Assembly (NCBI GenBank): GCA_040954595.2 | Contig: CM082595.2 | Span: 6,102,137-6,166,136, forward strand | Source of the DNA: Balanoglossus misakiensis | Lineage: Eukaryota; Animalia; Hemichordata | Reading direction: 5' to 3' | DNA length: 64,000 bases | In this document: positions 1 through 14,900 of the stretch, one piece after another | How positions within the stretch are numbered: the stretch's first letter is position 1 | Layout: each line of letters opens with the position of its first letter | Made by a program: the position numbers and the translations under genes | Notes under the pieces: model-generated | Told to the model about the DNA's origin: nothing | The model's database searches: none | The model's input: only the letters and a program-made list of their open reading frames with translations

Positions 1-560
1 CAGGATAGTTCAGTCATTATTTTGTCAATAATGTTATCTTCCCATGTTGAGGGGTTTGTTGCACCATACAGAACGTGAGCAAAATTAACCGTCAGAGAAT
101 TGTGTTAATTTACTTGCTGAACGTTGCCCGTATTACTTGTTATACAAGTTTTGCCGGTGAAGAATACATTTTGAGAATTCTCTAAAACTACACCATCCCC
201 AAGCACGCACGAGACTGTCACAGCTCAACGCTGCGTGGTTTGAGTAGACGGATTCGAGAGTCGAACACAATACTTCGTGCGCAGGAGAGACACCCACGTG
301 GCAGAGCACAAGAGAGACTTGCCAATATCTTCGGCTCGATCACGCTTAGATTGATTGTCACCTATCAGACCTCCAACTGTCAACCTGGAAAGTTTCAAGA
401 GCACCAATCAACACACCTCTAACTCGTTTACTAGAGGACTTGTCTATCAAGAAATGTATGGCTGATGACGTAGAATCACTCGTGTGTGAATAAAGCGCAG
501 GTGCAAAAAATGCGCCATGTTTATGCTAATTAACGGGTTTGGGACACCGTGAGCAAGGGA

Positions 561-636
561 CTGGAAATGTATATGTGCAAATATCCCGTTCCATTCTCCT
601 GGAAATGTATATGTGCAAATGTCCCGTTCCATTCTC
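561..636. repeat. 38-bp tandem duplication
   Basis: ctggaaatgtatatgtgcaaat(a/g)tcccgttccattctc occurs twice. Confidence 0.85.
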
Positions 637-2280
637 CTTCTTAGCAGTCGTCGCAATATTCATTGGCAAACGGAACAAATCGTTCTACAAACATCTTTAA
701 TTCTTACTTCTCATTTCACAGCGGTACATATTCTCGTTAGTCTGATGACGTACCACTCGGACTGATGAATCTTTCTCCCGTTATAGGCGTTCAAAGGGCT
801 GGAGATAAAAGGATTAGAGAGGTTTTGACGTCAAAAATTAATCTTTAACAGAATTAACCCAAAATTGCGGTTTCGGATGGTACATTGTGTAAAATAACAC
901 ACAACCGAATTTTGATGTCAAAGATGGCTCGGTCTGCTTCGACGCAGAGAACATCTACCCCCACACACGTTGTAACAATATGAAACGCATCTGTCAAGCT
1001 AAGAATGCCCATTACACTGTCATTTATTGACTGAAAGCGTTGGGTTTGAAATCTATTCGTAATCCTATTGTCGTGAGCCGAACCACGACACTTTCCTAGA
1101 TGCGATTGCCATGGAAACGAGCCAGTCTTAAGTCAGGACAATATCTCCGGTAATTGCGATCATTTTGTTCCCTTATTTCGTGCAGTGAATTTGTCGGTCG
1201 GCAATCTCATTTTTTATGCCCAATGTATTATTGTTTGTCAAGAAACAAGAAAAAAAGAAACCGTTGCGTGAAGCAAAGTCACGTATGCATCCAGAGTAAA
1301 TAAAATCTGAAAACACAACGACCTTTACAGGGCTTTGTCATAAAACCACCCACTTTTCAGCAAAAAAACCTGACGAAACGCAAGTACCGGTAGATTTCCG
1401 CGAGATGATAAAGAAGTCATTCGTCGCTTGCCGATATTCTATGGAACTGATGATTGTAGAAAACGAACAAAAGAGTAATGCTTTCGTTGTAATATATAAA
1501 ACTAATATCCGTGGAAATTTGTGTACAGTAGATCTCTTCACCGAAGCGAAGGACTCTCTTTACGCACGATTGACACCGGATTTGAGTGGCGTTGCACGTT
1601 GATGCGCAGGGTAGGAACACAAAAGATTTTGTGAACGTTGAACGCAGAGTTTTACACCCTGTGTTAGGTGGGCAAGAGCGAACGTGTATAGATACCTATT
1701 ATATGTAATAACCAGAACGACTTCATTGACATCACGATTATAACCACCGCATTTTCAGCGTTTGTGTTCGTGAAGAGCCGAGCACATGTGTAATTTTCAC
1801 CCATCAAATATGTCCAGCCTGACATTGTTTGTGTTGATGTTGTCCTTGTTCTGGATGTACATGAATAGAAACGGATAAGCTGTCGGCGCGTCTTCTTTGA
1901 ATGTCAGTTCTGAAGTATCGTTCGTGAAAAGGCTTTGCCAGATCTTTGGATGTCGAACAGGTAATCACACTTCTCTTGTCTACTTCACACGCCCGATATC
2001 AAAGACATAATTGACACAGAACTATACGATCACACTCTACCGGACTACTTTTCTAACGGCTGTAGCGATATCAGCCACCGTCATCAACTGCGTCATACGG
2101 TTCCACCCGGGCGGGTTACCTTCATCGAATTCAGTTCGCGCACACGGAAGCCACAACCCTCCTCATTAACATTTTCTTAATGACCATGGTAATTACAACC
2201 CCCGCATGGCCCAGCAGAACGTTTTATTAGCAGCGTGTTCGCGGACTCGACAGCACTTCGCATTACACCGTTGGACCAAG

Positions 2281-4447
2281 ATGTTGACCCAAACCTTCTC
2301 AGGTCTCGCCTTAATAATCTGGATATTCACGGCTACAGGTACAACTAGAGGTTTGCAACAAGTAAGTAAAACATGCGTTTCCTATTGAGTCTTTGTTTTC
2401 GAACTGTTTTGCAATACGTTTCAGCATGATGTTTTCGATTTTTGTTCAAAACCATCTCTCCAAACTATATTGTTTCTGGCTTTCGAAAAAGTCAATAATA
2501 TCCGAAAACCTGCAAAAATATCTGTTTACTTTATACCACGATTTTTATCAACATGAACGACACGCCGGAACTCGTAGCCTACATGTGACGTACTTTGGCG
2601 CGCAATTGTTGATGAGGCGCCACAACTTTCGCAGTCGTCTGGGACTTTGCAATTTGTTGCAAACGAATACAATGTGCCATACAGCTTAGTGTCAGGTGTT
2701 GTCTGGCGTTTCCCCACGACGCAGAATTAATTTGATACACAACAACCCGAAACCATGAGCGAAAAGCTTGTATAAGTTTACAAAGCTACCATGGGAGATC
2801 AAAATGGAAATGATAAAAGATTGAAACTTTTTTACCATTTTGAACACAACACCCAATCTTCAGTTACCTATATAACCTGATAAGTTCAGCCCAAGTCACC
2901 GGAAGGTTTCTGACTCAGTACAAGTTTTGGTGACGGCAAAACAAAATGCATGTTCTTTGTCCCGTTAAAGCCTGTCATGGCTACATCATTTCTGCGTCTA
3001 CCATAAGCCGAACAGCGAGCATTTGCTTATGAGAAGAAAAACAACTTCTCGGAATCGAGGCTTGGGGATTGTTCTCGGCGATTAGGGAGGATGATCAGTG
3101 ACCGAGAAACAGAGCAGCGTATGAGAAGGCATATAAGCTTACATCCGGCCTTCGGGCCCGGTCCAGACATTGCAGGGACGGGATAAGCAAGCCCGCCAAG
3201 ACTAGCAACCTTTTGCCGCACACGTTCGGGCGGCTACGGCGTCTATTAGTATCCTCGCCTTATGCAAATATGGCTCCCAGCATTTCCGTCTGCTGGGGGA
3301 ATGCAGGCAGACGGCACGCTGAATACACCTTGATTGGTATGTTCCGTCACGATTCGATTCGACCACCATCTGTCGTGTGATCGATGCTTTTTAACACATG
3401 TCACGGCCTTGTGGCTTTTCTCTAACGGTGCAAGTAATAAACACAATTCTCGGTAGAGTGAGGGCGACACCCTAAGAGTCTATCTCAGAGTAGTCCGTAC
3501 TAACGTATACGTGTTACATGGAGAAGTTACAGTTACGTAGAGTACGTTTTCTTGGGCTTCAATGCAGTTGGCTTGCATATATTCAAACCCGTGGGTGCGC
3601 CCCGAAAATCAACGATTTCAACTCTTTCTCATATTTTGCTCAAGGAAACTTTTATAGACCATTTTCTCTTAGAATTGAGAATAATAATGTACATGTAGGT
3701 ATGTTTACAAAAACACTCTCCACATTTTTACTATAGCAAAGAATAGGAAGGTTCGGAAGTATCATTTTTAACTTCAGTAACGATAACAAACCAACCAGAA
3801 CTTACTCTACACAAAGGATGTAAAGTAAGAACCCTGACTACAGATATCAAACGATGCGATATGAAATATGTCAAGATGGCAATTACGTATCTTCAAAATA
3901 TAATGATTTCAATTTAGGAAGACGTATATCCTGATAGGACGTAGCCTTCACGTTTGTGTTACTATACTTAGTCATGCAGTTCCTGATTTTATGTGTCTTC
4001 CAGAAAAAGTGTAGAAATACAGATTTGCCTAGGTTTTATTAATCTTAGTAACGCAGCAAGTGTTGGTAATTTTAAACATTGTGTTTTTACACCTAAGGTT
4101 CTGCAAAACCGTATCTTTCTCAGTGAGTGGACCCATTAAGCGTGATTTATTAAATTAAAGCAAGAGCCAGACGTTCAACCCACGGTGAAGCATCCGGCGT
4201 TCCCGCGTGGAAACGATTATTTCCTGTTAATTAACGAAACATCAATTTGAGTTGGTCTCTCGCCTCAGCGGCTAAATTGACTTGCCCGACTCTCAAGGCG
4301 TTCGATTTAATGGTTCCGTTTGAATACAATCAAGGTGTTTGAACTTTAACGATTCCGTGCAAACATCACAAGCGGATACTTGTTGCCTAACTGATCCCAA
4401 AAGAAATCATCATCATCATCATCATCATCACCACCACCACCACCACC

Positions 4448-4481
<34 letters not shown>

Positions 4482-6192
4482 TCATTATCATGTGGAAAAA
4501 ATCCTGTCGCTGTTTAATGTCATTTAGGCAACTCAACTTGATTTTTGTCGTTGTGTGGTGAAATGACAGTAACAAAACGCGTGACACATATTAAGTTGAA
4601 AATCTGGAACAAGCTGTTGGAGACAATATTTCCGATCAGTCATTGTCAATTTTCGAGGCCAACAATCCTCTTTTCATCACCTAATTGATTCTCGATTGAC
4701 ACTCCTAATATCGTGAATGACCACTGCACCACGATCTCCCCCATCACTTTTCTATAAACGACGTTTTCACCTACGCCGCTGTTATTGCGAGGGGTATTTC
4801 GATTCGCGCTGAGTGATTTTTCTTCACGGTCTGTCTATATTCATAGAGCCGAACAATGCAATAATCAAATTGCTTTTTAACTTCCAGTATCCACCTGAGA
4901 TAAGCATAAATTTCTGACGCGGACTTCTCTCGACAAATCCCACTCATTTTTCCCTTGACAATGACGTGATTAACGACTAGTAATTGAAGTGACGGCCATG
5001 TTAGACATTATCCCTGAGCATCAAATAACATCAAACAGTTTATAATATCCATTAAATTGATACTGTCAGATTCGTGACGAGAAGGGTATGTTTGTTTAAT
5101 ATAATTTGATAAGCGCTGACCGGCAAACAGACATACTGAGACTGACTGACTGACTGACTTACTTTCGGAACTGACATGGTTTTGTGTTTATGCTCAACCT
5201 ACAGTTTGAAGTTCAAATTAAGTCTTGTTTGAATTCGAATTTAAAGGATTGGCATCTTTAACACAAAAATTGCTGAAGTTATACATTTGATGTACTGAAA
5301 GTGATTTTTTGATGAGCAGGTCCGACGTTCTCTGTCCTAGGGTGAGAAAAAATCCTGGTCCGAGCTAATGGCCGAGTAATTTTTAAGATGGCAGGGCTGG
5401 TCGTTTCCTCTGCTCTGATTGGCCCGACAGGTAACCAACAAATACTGGTATTAGACGGAGAAAAATAACGTGACCGCTCTTTTCATATCTTTTCAGGAAG
5501 AGGCACAGGACACAGACACCAACGCATTGCAAAAGGCTGGAGCAAAGGGGCTGATATGTTTGATGATAGATGGGAGTAGAGACCCGAAACTTTGTCCGGA
5601 GACACCAAAATTCCTCCGGCCCCTTGCCGTTCCTCCCGGCGAGGAAACAGACGACGTCGATGCAGACGAGGGCGATGAATCCGAAGGCCTCCTAGATGCA
5701 CAAGGCGAACACAATACTGACGTACAAGACGAGTTGGCAAAAGTGTTTGGATTTTACAAGCGGGCCCTACAACGGCAGCTGAGCCTGGGCCCCGCCCGTG
5801 CCCTCAGCGGCGGGCTGCCCGAGTTGACATACCTGGACCAGAGTCGGGTTCCGTACGCGACGATTCTCGGGAGAGATCTTCTGGATGTCCTGCGAGGCCG
5901 CAATTCTGCCTGGTCAGGTTTCAACGACGGCGTGGGTCCCTACTTCACGGGAAGTCTCCTCGGCGCGAAACCGGACGGGGGATACTTCACGGGCGACTTG
6001 AACCCCGTACAGAAGCGGATGCTGTCATCCCTGCGCAACCGCAGCGACATGAGTCCCCGACCGACATCTTCTGCCGGAAGACGTATTTTTATTGGCTTTC
6101 CCATGTTCGATAATGTTCTCTATCGTCAAGGAAGGGCCGAGGAGCGTTTGTTATCCAGACCTCAAGGCAGAAACAAAAATAAAGATAACTAA
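2281..6192 (+). CDS. Secreted precursor protein, candidate neuropeptide/prohormone precursor (258 aa, 2 coding exons)
   Basis: Exon 2281-2361 encodes MLTQTFSGLALIIWIFTATGTTRGLQQ, which is signal-peptide-like, and ends at donor gtaagt (2362, phase 0). It joins in frame to acceptor tttcag|5497-6192, a GC-rich 231-aa exon with an acidic spacer and KR, RGR, KR, GRR and GR sites. AATAAA at 6469. Confidence 0.7.
4408..4490. repeat. (CAT)n/(CAC)n microsatellite
   Basis: Direct observation. Confidence 0.95.
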
Positions 6193-6537
6193 ATAATGTC
6201 TGACATCATACCTGGTGACAGTTGATTTCGCGCAGCGATGACGTCATACTTAAATCGCTCGTATCATGTCAACGTACTTCACTGGACCCTTTTATTTTTG
6301 TAACACACTAGAGTAGTTATTGTAAAGCATAATGTTATCACAGAGTGTGGACAGTGGTGATTTTGATTTTTTTTTTCGAAAAAGATGTTCTACAATTTCT
6401 TATATGAAGTGTCTTTTCTGGTTCAGATGACATATACTGGTCTTGTAATTTAAACATACACATGACACAATAAAACAGTTTCTTAGAGAACAAACGATGC
6501 AATTTGTACGATCTATTTATCTACCTGTCTACCTGTC

Positions 6538-6640
6538 TATGTATGTATGTATGTATGTATGTATGTATGTATGTATGTATGTATGTATGTATGTATGTAT
6601 GTATGTATGTATGTATGTATGTATATATGTATGTATGTAT
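6538..6640. repeat. (TATG)n microsatellite
   Basis: Direct observation. Confidence 0.95.
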
Positions 6641-9600
6641 GATGCTAGCATGACATTAAATATGGCATACCCACAGTTTAGATAAACACACATATGAAGG
6701 TCTATAGGTAAAACATACTATCATAATAAGGCCAATCGTATAAGTTGTCTCAGCGTGGTTTAACGTCAAACATTTCAAGTCAGTTTAAATTGTCTCGCCA
6801 ACATACATATGAATGACGTTATTTACTCGTATTCTCGCAACTGTAAATTAAAGTGCCCTTCAATACAAATTGCTGCACTAGTGCTACCGTCAATACTTCT
6901 ATTTAACGCTAACGATACATGAAAAGCAACGGTGAAAAGATTTGTGGTTTGGGGAAAGTAAAGATGGCGTGCTGGATGGATATTCGTTTACAGGCACGAT
7001 TACCTTGATTGGCCACATTGTGTTCCCGACTGATATATAGACAACACAGAGGAGATTCTGGATTAGATTCGCCTAGGGAGTGTTTTGCCGTTAGCATGCG
7101 GTCACTCTGTCCGATTGTAGCCGGCCTCGCTAGTGCCACGACACACCTGCAAGCAAACGGGATGGTTGGTACAGCAGGGTTCTTGGGAATCGCCCACATG
7201 TGATACAATTTCAGATGGTGCAAGACCTACTCACTCTGAAACAAACTTTACCTTTCGATGGATTGTTTTCTGTAGTGAAAGTTATTACATGATAGGTCGG
7301 ACGACATTCCGAGGGTCATATATTTATTTCGCACATGACGTCAAGACACGAAGAAGTCAAACTATCACTATCCATTGTTTTCCAAACCCGCAGATAAAGG
7401 TTAGCTGTTATCTGAAAATTTGGTTTTCTGTCGCAAGAAACGTACATTTTGTGAGCCACTCACCAATTTAAAAATAACACTTTGTCATCTACATGTTCGA
7501 CTTGCTAGATACGGCACCAGAACAGGGATTGTTATCGACACAGCAGTATTTTTACGACCATGTTGTTCGAAACACAGGAACACTGTCATGCCATAGAAAT
7601 GCGTCGGTATAAAAGGGACAGAGGAGACGATTTTTGATAGGAATGGCAGCGAGTGTAACAACACTCATGGGGTTTCCCAAAGCAAATTGAATATTTTGTA
7701 AAAGGTGAGCTATTTAGGGCATTCGTTTTAACTTCAGCGAAACCGTTCATCGGCTGACTCGTTAGCGTCTGTATGTGTCCATGTGTTTAACAGCGATATC
7801 ATACATGTACCCTGACTCAATATTACATGTACATGTAAATTCACGACAGTCGCCCACTCCCAGAAGTTAGTAGGGACAAGGAATGCCCCCCCCCCCACAC
7901 ACACACACACATCCTCCTGTTATTTCTCTGTTCTTTCCTTGGCACGCAACTATTTTTACACCAAAGGACAGACGATAACATTCGGAAGATTTCACAAATT
8001 TGTAAAAAGAACACGTGGGTTGACAGTGTATGGGCAAATATCCTGTACCTGGACAAATATCAAATTCATCAGCTGAATCTTCAGCAAGCTAAGGAGCTCC
8101 AGATATCGGGCGTTGTTCAGTCAGTTTTATGGTAGGGTCACCTCAATAGGGTTAATTATTAAACCGCCCCATCCATCCCACAGCATTGTTGTTAATTATG
8201 TTGCTTTTTGATACTCTTGCTCGAAGCAGGCGTTGCTGATCAGCCAATTTCAGGTCACGACGATCGCGCACTTTGGTATCATTGCTGACTGCAGATAATT
8301 TGTATGTGCCTGAAGGTACTTTGCGAATGATAAATGACTCGTCCTCGTCTTAATCATGGGAGTATTCAAAAGAAGTCCCGTGACGCAATTCGACATCGCA
8401 CACCAGTTTTCCACAACTATGAATTTAGGGCCACAAAATAAAACGAGTTGTTCAACTTGTTCCTTGCCCAAGTTTCCATGTTGCTAGACTTTAGACCTTC
8501 CAGGACAGTGCTGTGCGAGAGGCGATGATGACCAAACCTGATCTGACCAACGTCACCAACAGGCGCCAGTTAGTCTATGTTGATGTATTCTTGTTAGGTT
8601 TTGTTACATCGGTACAAATGTTACACTGTAGCCAAATTTGCTGGCTCGAATTCCGGTTCATGCCACTGATTTTCCTATCAATTGAATTTATTCAACTTAA
8701 TCTAGCCTTGCACCTCCATGATATCATTGACAGAAACGCATAAGTCCTCTTAATCGCATAAGTCCTTATAATTACAAATATGAGTTTCTTTTGTATGAAC
8801 ACGCTGTCTCAGAGAATATTACCAAAATCGTCATAAATTTGATTTCAAAATTTAAAAAAAATACTAGTAAGGGCCACATTTCATCAACGATGCCATAACA
8901 TTCATCAATCAAGTAAGCAAACAAACAAGCAAGCAAATATCTGAAGAAACGTTTCATAAAAGTAAGTACAATACAGTACAATGCATGCAGCCAAAAAAAT
9001 CAATGTTTTCTCGGAATCTATTGAACACCACGCCCATGCAACGTGCGGTCGCGTCGGATTCATTAGCGCCCTTTGTTACCTTCCCGCACCCGACAGCCCC
9101 AGGCGTCATCCATTTTTCAAAACGGAAACAATAAATCACATTATCATTGTCATTTCATTAAATACTTATGAGCATATTAAATTGCACCAGCACCGTCGAG
9201 GGATGTTTCCTTGATTAAGATCATTCAATAGTGCGCGTTTCACTTATCTGACATCGATGATCTGTTTGTGATTAATATATCATATTTTATAACGCATCAG
9301 TTATTCTGTGTATACATTTTATATTACTTTTACTCCTCCGCTGTGACAGTGCTAACCTGTAAATGTTGCGTTATTTGCTTAAATGAGAATATCAATATTA
9401 CATCAAGCATAGATTCATAAACGTGAAATAGCTTGCAGATTAAAAGCCAATTTATATTAAACTATTGACATGCATGTATACACATACATACACACATACA
9501 CACATACATACATGCATGTTATGTTTCGAAAACAAATCTCCCAAGGACTGTCCTACTTTGCTGCTCATGTACCTTTACACGATGAAGTTTCTAAACCATC

Positions 9601-10743
9601 AAGCACTGTTTGCAGGTGTTCTTGCGCACGTCATATTGTCTCGGACGTCTGTGCTGTAAGACCCCCTCACTTTATATATTGAAAGCCTAGTAATTCCCTT
9701 AACACGTCACTGATGTCGAAAAAAAAACGACTAACGTAGCACCATCCAACGCCACCCCAAGCAAAATTAGAGTCAATATGTCCCAGCTCATCTGTGCCTG
9801 AAGAGCTGCAATTCTACCCCGGATACTCCACCTAGATAAAAGCATCATCGACGTGTCATTTCCATCGCTAATCACCCTGAACGTTTCGACTTAAACAGTT
9901 AGGCAATTATCAGATGTCGTCGAGTTTGTCCCAGTACCACTTTTCCTTCATTACGCATTTGGCTGCCTTTGGGTGTGTTTGTGCAGTGACGACAGACACC
10001 CACAAATGCAGGGCCATCACGATGTCATCAGCTCGTGACTTGTTCCCAACAAAGGCCTTGAATTGTACAATTTCAGTAAACGGGTGTGACGAAAATGTCA
10101 AACGTTTCACCTCCAGAGGAAACGACTGAATCTCTTCCAGGCACAGGTGTACGGTGATCATTGATCACGGTGTTAGTAAACCCAACCGAGGTCACTGCAC
10201 CCACTACACGCTTCGATACTTCCTCAAATACGTTCGTGTACCGATCAAAATGATGTTGTGATGTTCCTCTTTATGTAAAGAGTACGCGGGACAAGGATAT
10301 ATAACATTATTTGCGTAGGTTAGTCCTGATCATATTATGGTCGGAAGTATAATTAACAATACATATATGAAATATAAGTACCTAATTAAACGCGTTAATA
10401 TTTACATGCGCTCTCTGATCATAATGTTCATATTGCACATCTATGTTTCTTGCATGTTATACATGTCCACCATACAACCCCAGCAATTACTATTTTCATG
10501 TCGTTGTCTTATTTTTAGTTTGATCGTACGATTGTATTAGCTGTTATGCCATACATATAAACTAATTATGAAGCATTGAAAGTCACCCATGAAAGATGAC
10601 GATGAACATTAAGTGTCAAAGCTTGCAAGCAGACCTGGTGTTTTGAAAATGCGTGCGGACAGCAGAATTGATATTGTGGTTGTTACAAAAAAGAAATGAA
10701 AACTTAGAGGAATATATCTAAGCTTCATGCACATGTACAGTTA

Positions 10744-10835
10744 CCACCACTACCACCACCACCAACAGCAACAACAACAACACCATCACCACCACTACCC
10801 CCACCAACAACAACAACCATAAAAACAACACCAGC
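10744..10835. repeat. Imperfect (CAC/CAA)n repeat
   Basis: Direct observation. Confidence 0.8.
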
Positions 10836-11837
10836 ATAAAGCTGCATAACATCATCAATCCATTATAAATTGATACGAACTTTGTCTACAAAATGTTAGG
10901 CATTCCTTAAACTGAACAATAAAAAATAATTAGCACAGGGCTAATTTCTCATTAAATGTAGATTACGAATCCTGAATATATCTCCACAAAATAATAAAAG
11001 CGAGTCCATATGTTCAGTACTTAACCAGCATATTAAGGTTTATTCGGAGTCACTTCGAAAGTAGGGCATATCCCATCCTGTTTTCAAATCTGAAATTCTA
11101 TCAGTCAATTTTTGATCTGGTTCCGGCGGAGATTGGCGGCCATTTTGAATTTCAATTGTTGGGTAATTTGTTTAGTTAGGCCACAGATATAGACGCAAAC
11201 CCCTATCTGTGTTATTGATTCCAAAAGGAGGATATTAGGTTTAATTGAGCGAATTTTGTAGGACACTTTTGCACTTTAATATTCACGGCACATGTTACAC
11301 TGTCTTCTCCCTTATTTTCAATTTTCGAAGCGTTCAAGGTCATAATATGGTGTTTAATGCTTTCGTCGAGACCTTGGACTGCCTAGTAAGTGACAAAATG
11401 AAATTTACAAATAGATTCCATATGACAATGACACTTTCCGATATTCTTTATATCCGTGCATTGAACTGTCCATTATGTTATCTTTCCTGTAGTCTGTTGT
11501 ACCAGGAGTAAGTGTATCGTTCGCCTAGCGTCTGGCTCGACGAGCAATTCCTATTTTTCCATTTCCGGAGATTCTTCTCGGCTACTACCCCTCGAAAGTA
11601 TTGCAAATACGTGAGAAATGCCGACAAGTGCCGATTGTTTCCAACATTAAAACATATCACGCGAGTTGACAAAGAATGTACAACTACGGATGAATTCATT
11701 CAGCAGTAATAGAACAATTGCATGGCTTCCTGCTGTCGGCAACGTCTACAGGGTAGTGCATTGGATTAAATCGACACGGCACAAGGAAGCGAACAACAGC
11801 AAATAAACCTCACAGGTTAAAACGTCGGTAGACGGAC

Positions 11838-11924
11838 GCATTCATTCATTCATTCATTCATTCGTTCATTCATTCATTCATTCAGTATGTATGTATGTAT
11901 GTATGTATGTATGTATGTATGTAT
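11838..11924. repeat. (CATT)n + (TATG)n compound microsatellite
   Basis: Direct observation. Confidence 0.9.
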
Positions 11925-14900
11925 TCTGATGACAAAAAATAAAATGTCCCGCATAGACCAGAACAAAATGTTACATTATTAAACTAGCATTACCTTCCTA
12001 CAATTCCAAGGAGCCATGTTTATCTTGGAAGTGGAGATTTATGTTTAGTATCAGTCGCTGACATTTACCGCAGATGACGTCAGATCATCTGAGATATAGA
12101 AACGAATTTGACGGTGATTGTAAGTCTGATAATTCCACATACATGTCTAATGAATTTCTGTGAGTATATTTTCACATAAAGAATGTATGTGCTGTTACCC
12201 GATAACAGCACCCACACACACATGATGTATACAGCTACTGACATCAAAATGCAATAGCATTTCTTTTATCTGATTACGTCAGTACCAACAATATTTTTTT
12301 CCATTTTGAACGTTCGTCGTAAACTTCATTTTAAAGCTATTGTAACCTTGGCTAAAGGTCTCGTTTTCTTAAAATGTGCCATTATATTTCACCCAGTGTA
12401 GAAATTCTCGGGTAGAGCGTAGGCTGTTTTCAGCTTCTTACATATTCATGGGTAAACAACCAGAAGCCTGATACCGCGACGAATACATTACGTTTGTACC
12501 GACGTCATGTTTAGCACGATACCCTGATGCCCGGTTGCCACACATCATCGTCCTGTTTTTTTATTTTAGTGATGTACTGAGCAAGAAACATTGAGTACAT
12601 TCATACATCAGGAATCAATATTATTCGTTTTAATCCACGAATGTTATTATTAGCATTTATTCGAAATTTGATTCACAAGGAGGATATATGTGTTGTTTAG
12701 GACCTGTTATGAACCTATACAGTGGAGACCATAGCACAACTCAAATTATCAGATGGTTATTATGGTTCTTAGATAATCAGATAAAAGTTTAATCATTCTG
12801 GTTAAGTGTCAATTGAAATGGCATAATAATCCAAGCGTTAACAGATAGTATGCGGAAATGCCAAATACATACATTGTATATACCATATCTCATGGATCAA
12901 GATACACTTCCATACTAAAACCAGATAGGGGTTATTAACACCACGCGAGGGGATTTGGTTAAGGTTAAGGCTGTAAAATCTTTTGAGGAAAATAGAAATA
13001 ATCACTGATGCAAGGCGATGGGATCATTACAGCTGAAAATATGCTAATATTCACCCAGAGATATCTACTAACCTGATAATATTATCGCATTTGCGCCGAG
13101 TGAAAACTCAAAATCGCGTATTTTTATTATATCTTTCTGATAATCGTGAAATATATGTACTCTGTTAAACTTTGAGGCATTTCTGCGCACATTGGACAAA
13201 CATATCTCTGAAAAGTTAATGTGCAGACTTTAAAAATTTCAAAGTGTGAAAAGGAAAGGTGTGCGAGGGAATAAACGCTTAAAAGTCCAACCAGCCTCAC
13301 CACTTAGGCCTACACTAAGAAGCAATACTGATACAGGCAATGAAGTAAGTACAAGTGGAACTACATAGAATTTGGGTTTAACCCATCATTCGTTATTTGG
13401 GGGTAAGACACTAACAGGCCCGGGGTTACATTGGATGAAGATGGAACTGCGAATAAAGCCATTACGAATGAGGCGGTGAGGATAGATCTGGAGTACATGT
13501 ACTGTTGATTATTGACAATGGAAACAATGAATGATGCAAATCACACAACACCGCTTAACACCACGCCAACACGTGCTGGATTATATTACGTGCACGAATA
13601 TTGCTTGACAAAGAAAAGTCAAGGTCTCATGGCTTTAATTTCAGAGCGAGCCTATCCGCAGCACAGGCACATATATTGCTCCCAAGTGGTCCACTTTGTC
13701 ACCGGCCGATGAATTGATACAGAACAGACCCCCAAAATCCAATGAATATTTGAACAGCCCTTTTCGTTCGCAATACAACGGAGCAATCCATCGTTCGGCG
13801 TTGTTACCGTTCCGGATTACGTTAGGGCATTCAATAAATCGTAGAATGCCATTTACACGCACAAATGGGAAATTCTGTTTGGTAGTTATTAATTTAATAT
13901 TTATTGGTCTTAAAAAGACTTGTCATCCAAACACTTACTTTATTCTTCTCTGGTTGAGTAATGCCCACTGGTGTTTGCCTTCAATTTGTTTCGATTCTCA
14001 GAATTAAGGAAAAAATATTATTCCTTGCTAGAGAGACTTATTAGTTATTTTGACAGAGGCATTGATTTGAAGACTACTTCGTGTCGTGATTGTTGTTTCA
14101 TTATCCTCTATGATAAACAAAGTCCTCATAAATGTTAATCATTTCAGCGCACGACGAATAAGGCTCTCGAATGTACTTCACTGAAAGCCAATGCTTCGAG
14201 TCTTTCAAATGACACAGACTGTTGTTAACGGGGGCGGTATTAAGAGGATATATGACACGAGAATTAATGAACTTCTTCGTTGGTGCAGGAGATACAAAGT
14301 TATCTATAGAGTTTTGAAAGACACATGCGTTGTTAACTGATTTTGATCCAACGCGACGAGCAAGTGTTCCTAGGGATGTCCCCTTCCAGGACGTTTGCAC
14401 AGAAACATGCGCGTTCATTGTATAACCCCAGGTTGCACAGAGCATGCGTGTGACACACCAACAAAATCTAGACCGAGGCCACCTGAACGAAATGTAAAAT
14501 GGCCGCCACCTTGGAACAACACACATCTAAAGCACATCCTTCAAAACAGAATAAAACACTTGACAAGATTATTTGGAACGAAAATGCTTCCAGGAAATTT
14601 CATCAATTAATCAAACGAGTTTCACATCGGTGTATAAAATTTGAATGTGTCTAATAGATTATAAGTGATAGTTAGGAAGATTATTGGCAGACCCCATCGC
14701 GGTACAAGACAGTTATTGTTAACACGGCACGATAAAATTAGCTTGAGTGTTTAATGCATCCGTGATATATTGTATAATTACATACCGGATATCATACCCA
14801 CAGAGCAGTTCCGAAGTAATAAAGATTGCAAAGTTAAGTCGCCGGAAACAATCTCATTTGAATACACTGAAATAGCGGATTAAGTATTAAGAATTTTGTG

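Noticed and set aside
4339-4587. Poly-His and poly-Met/Val ORFs
   Set aside because: They are translations of an intronic (CAT)n/(CAC)n microsatellite.
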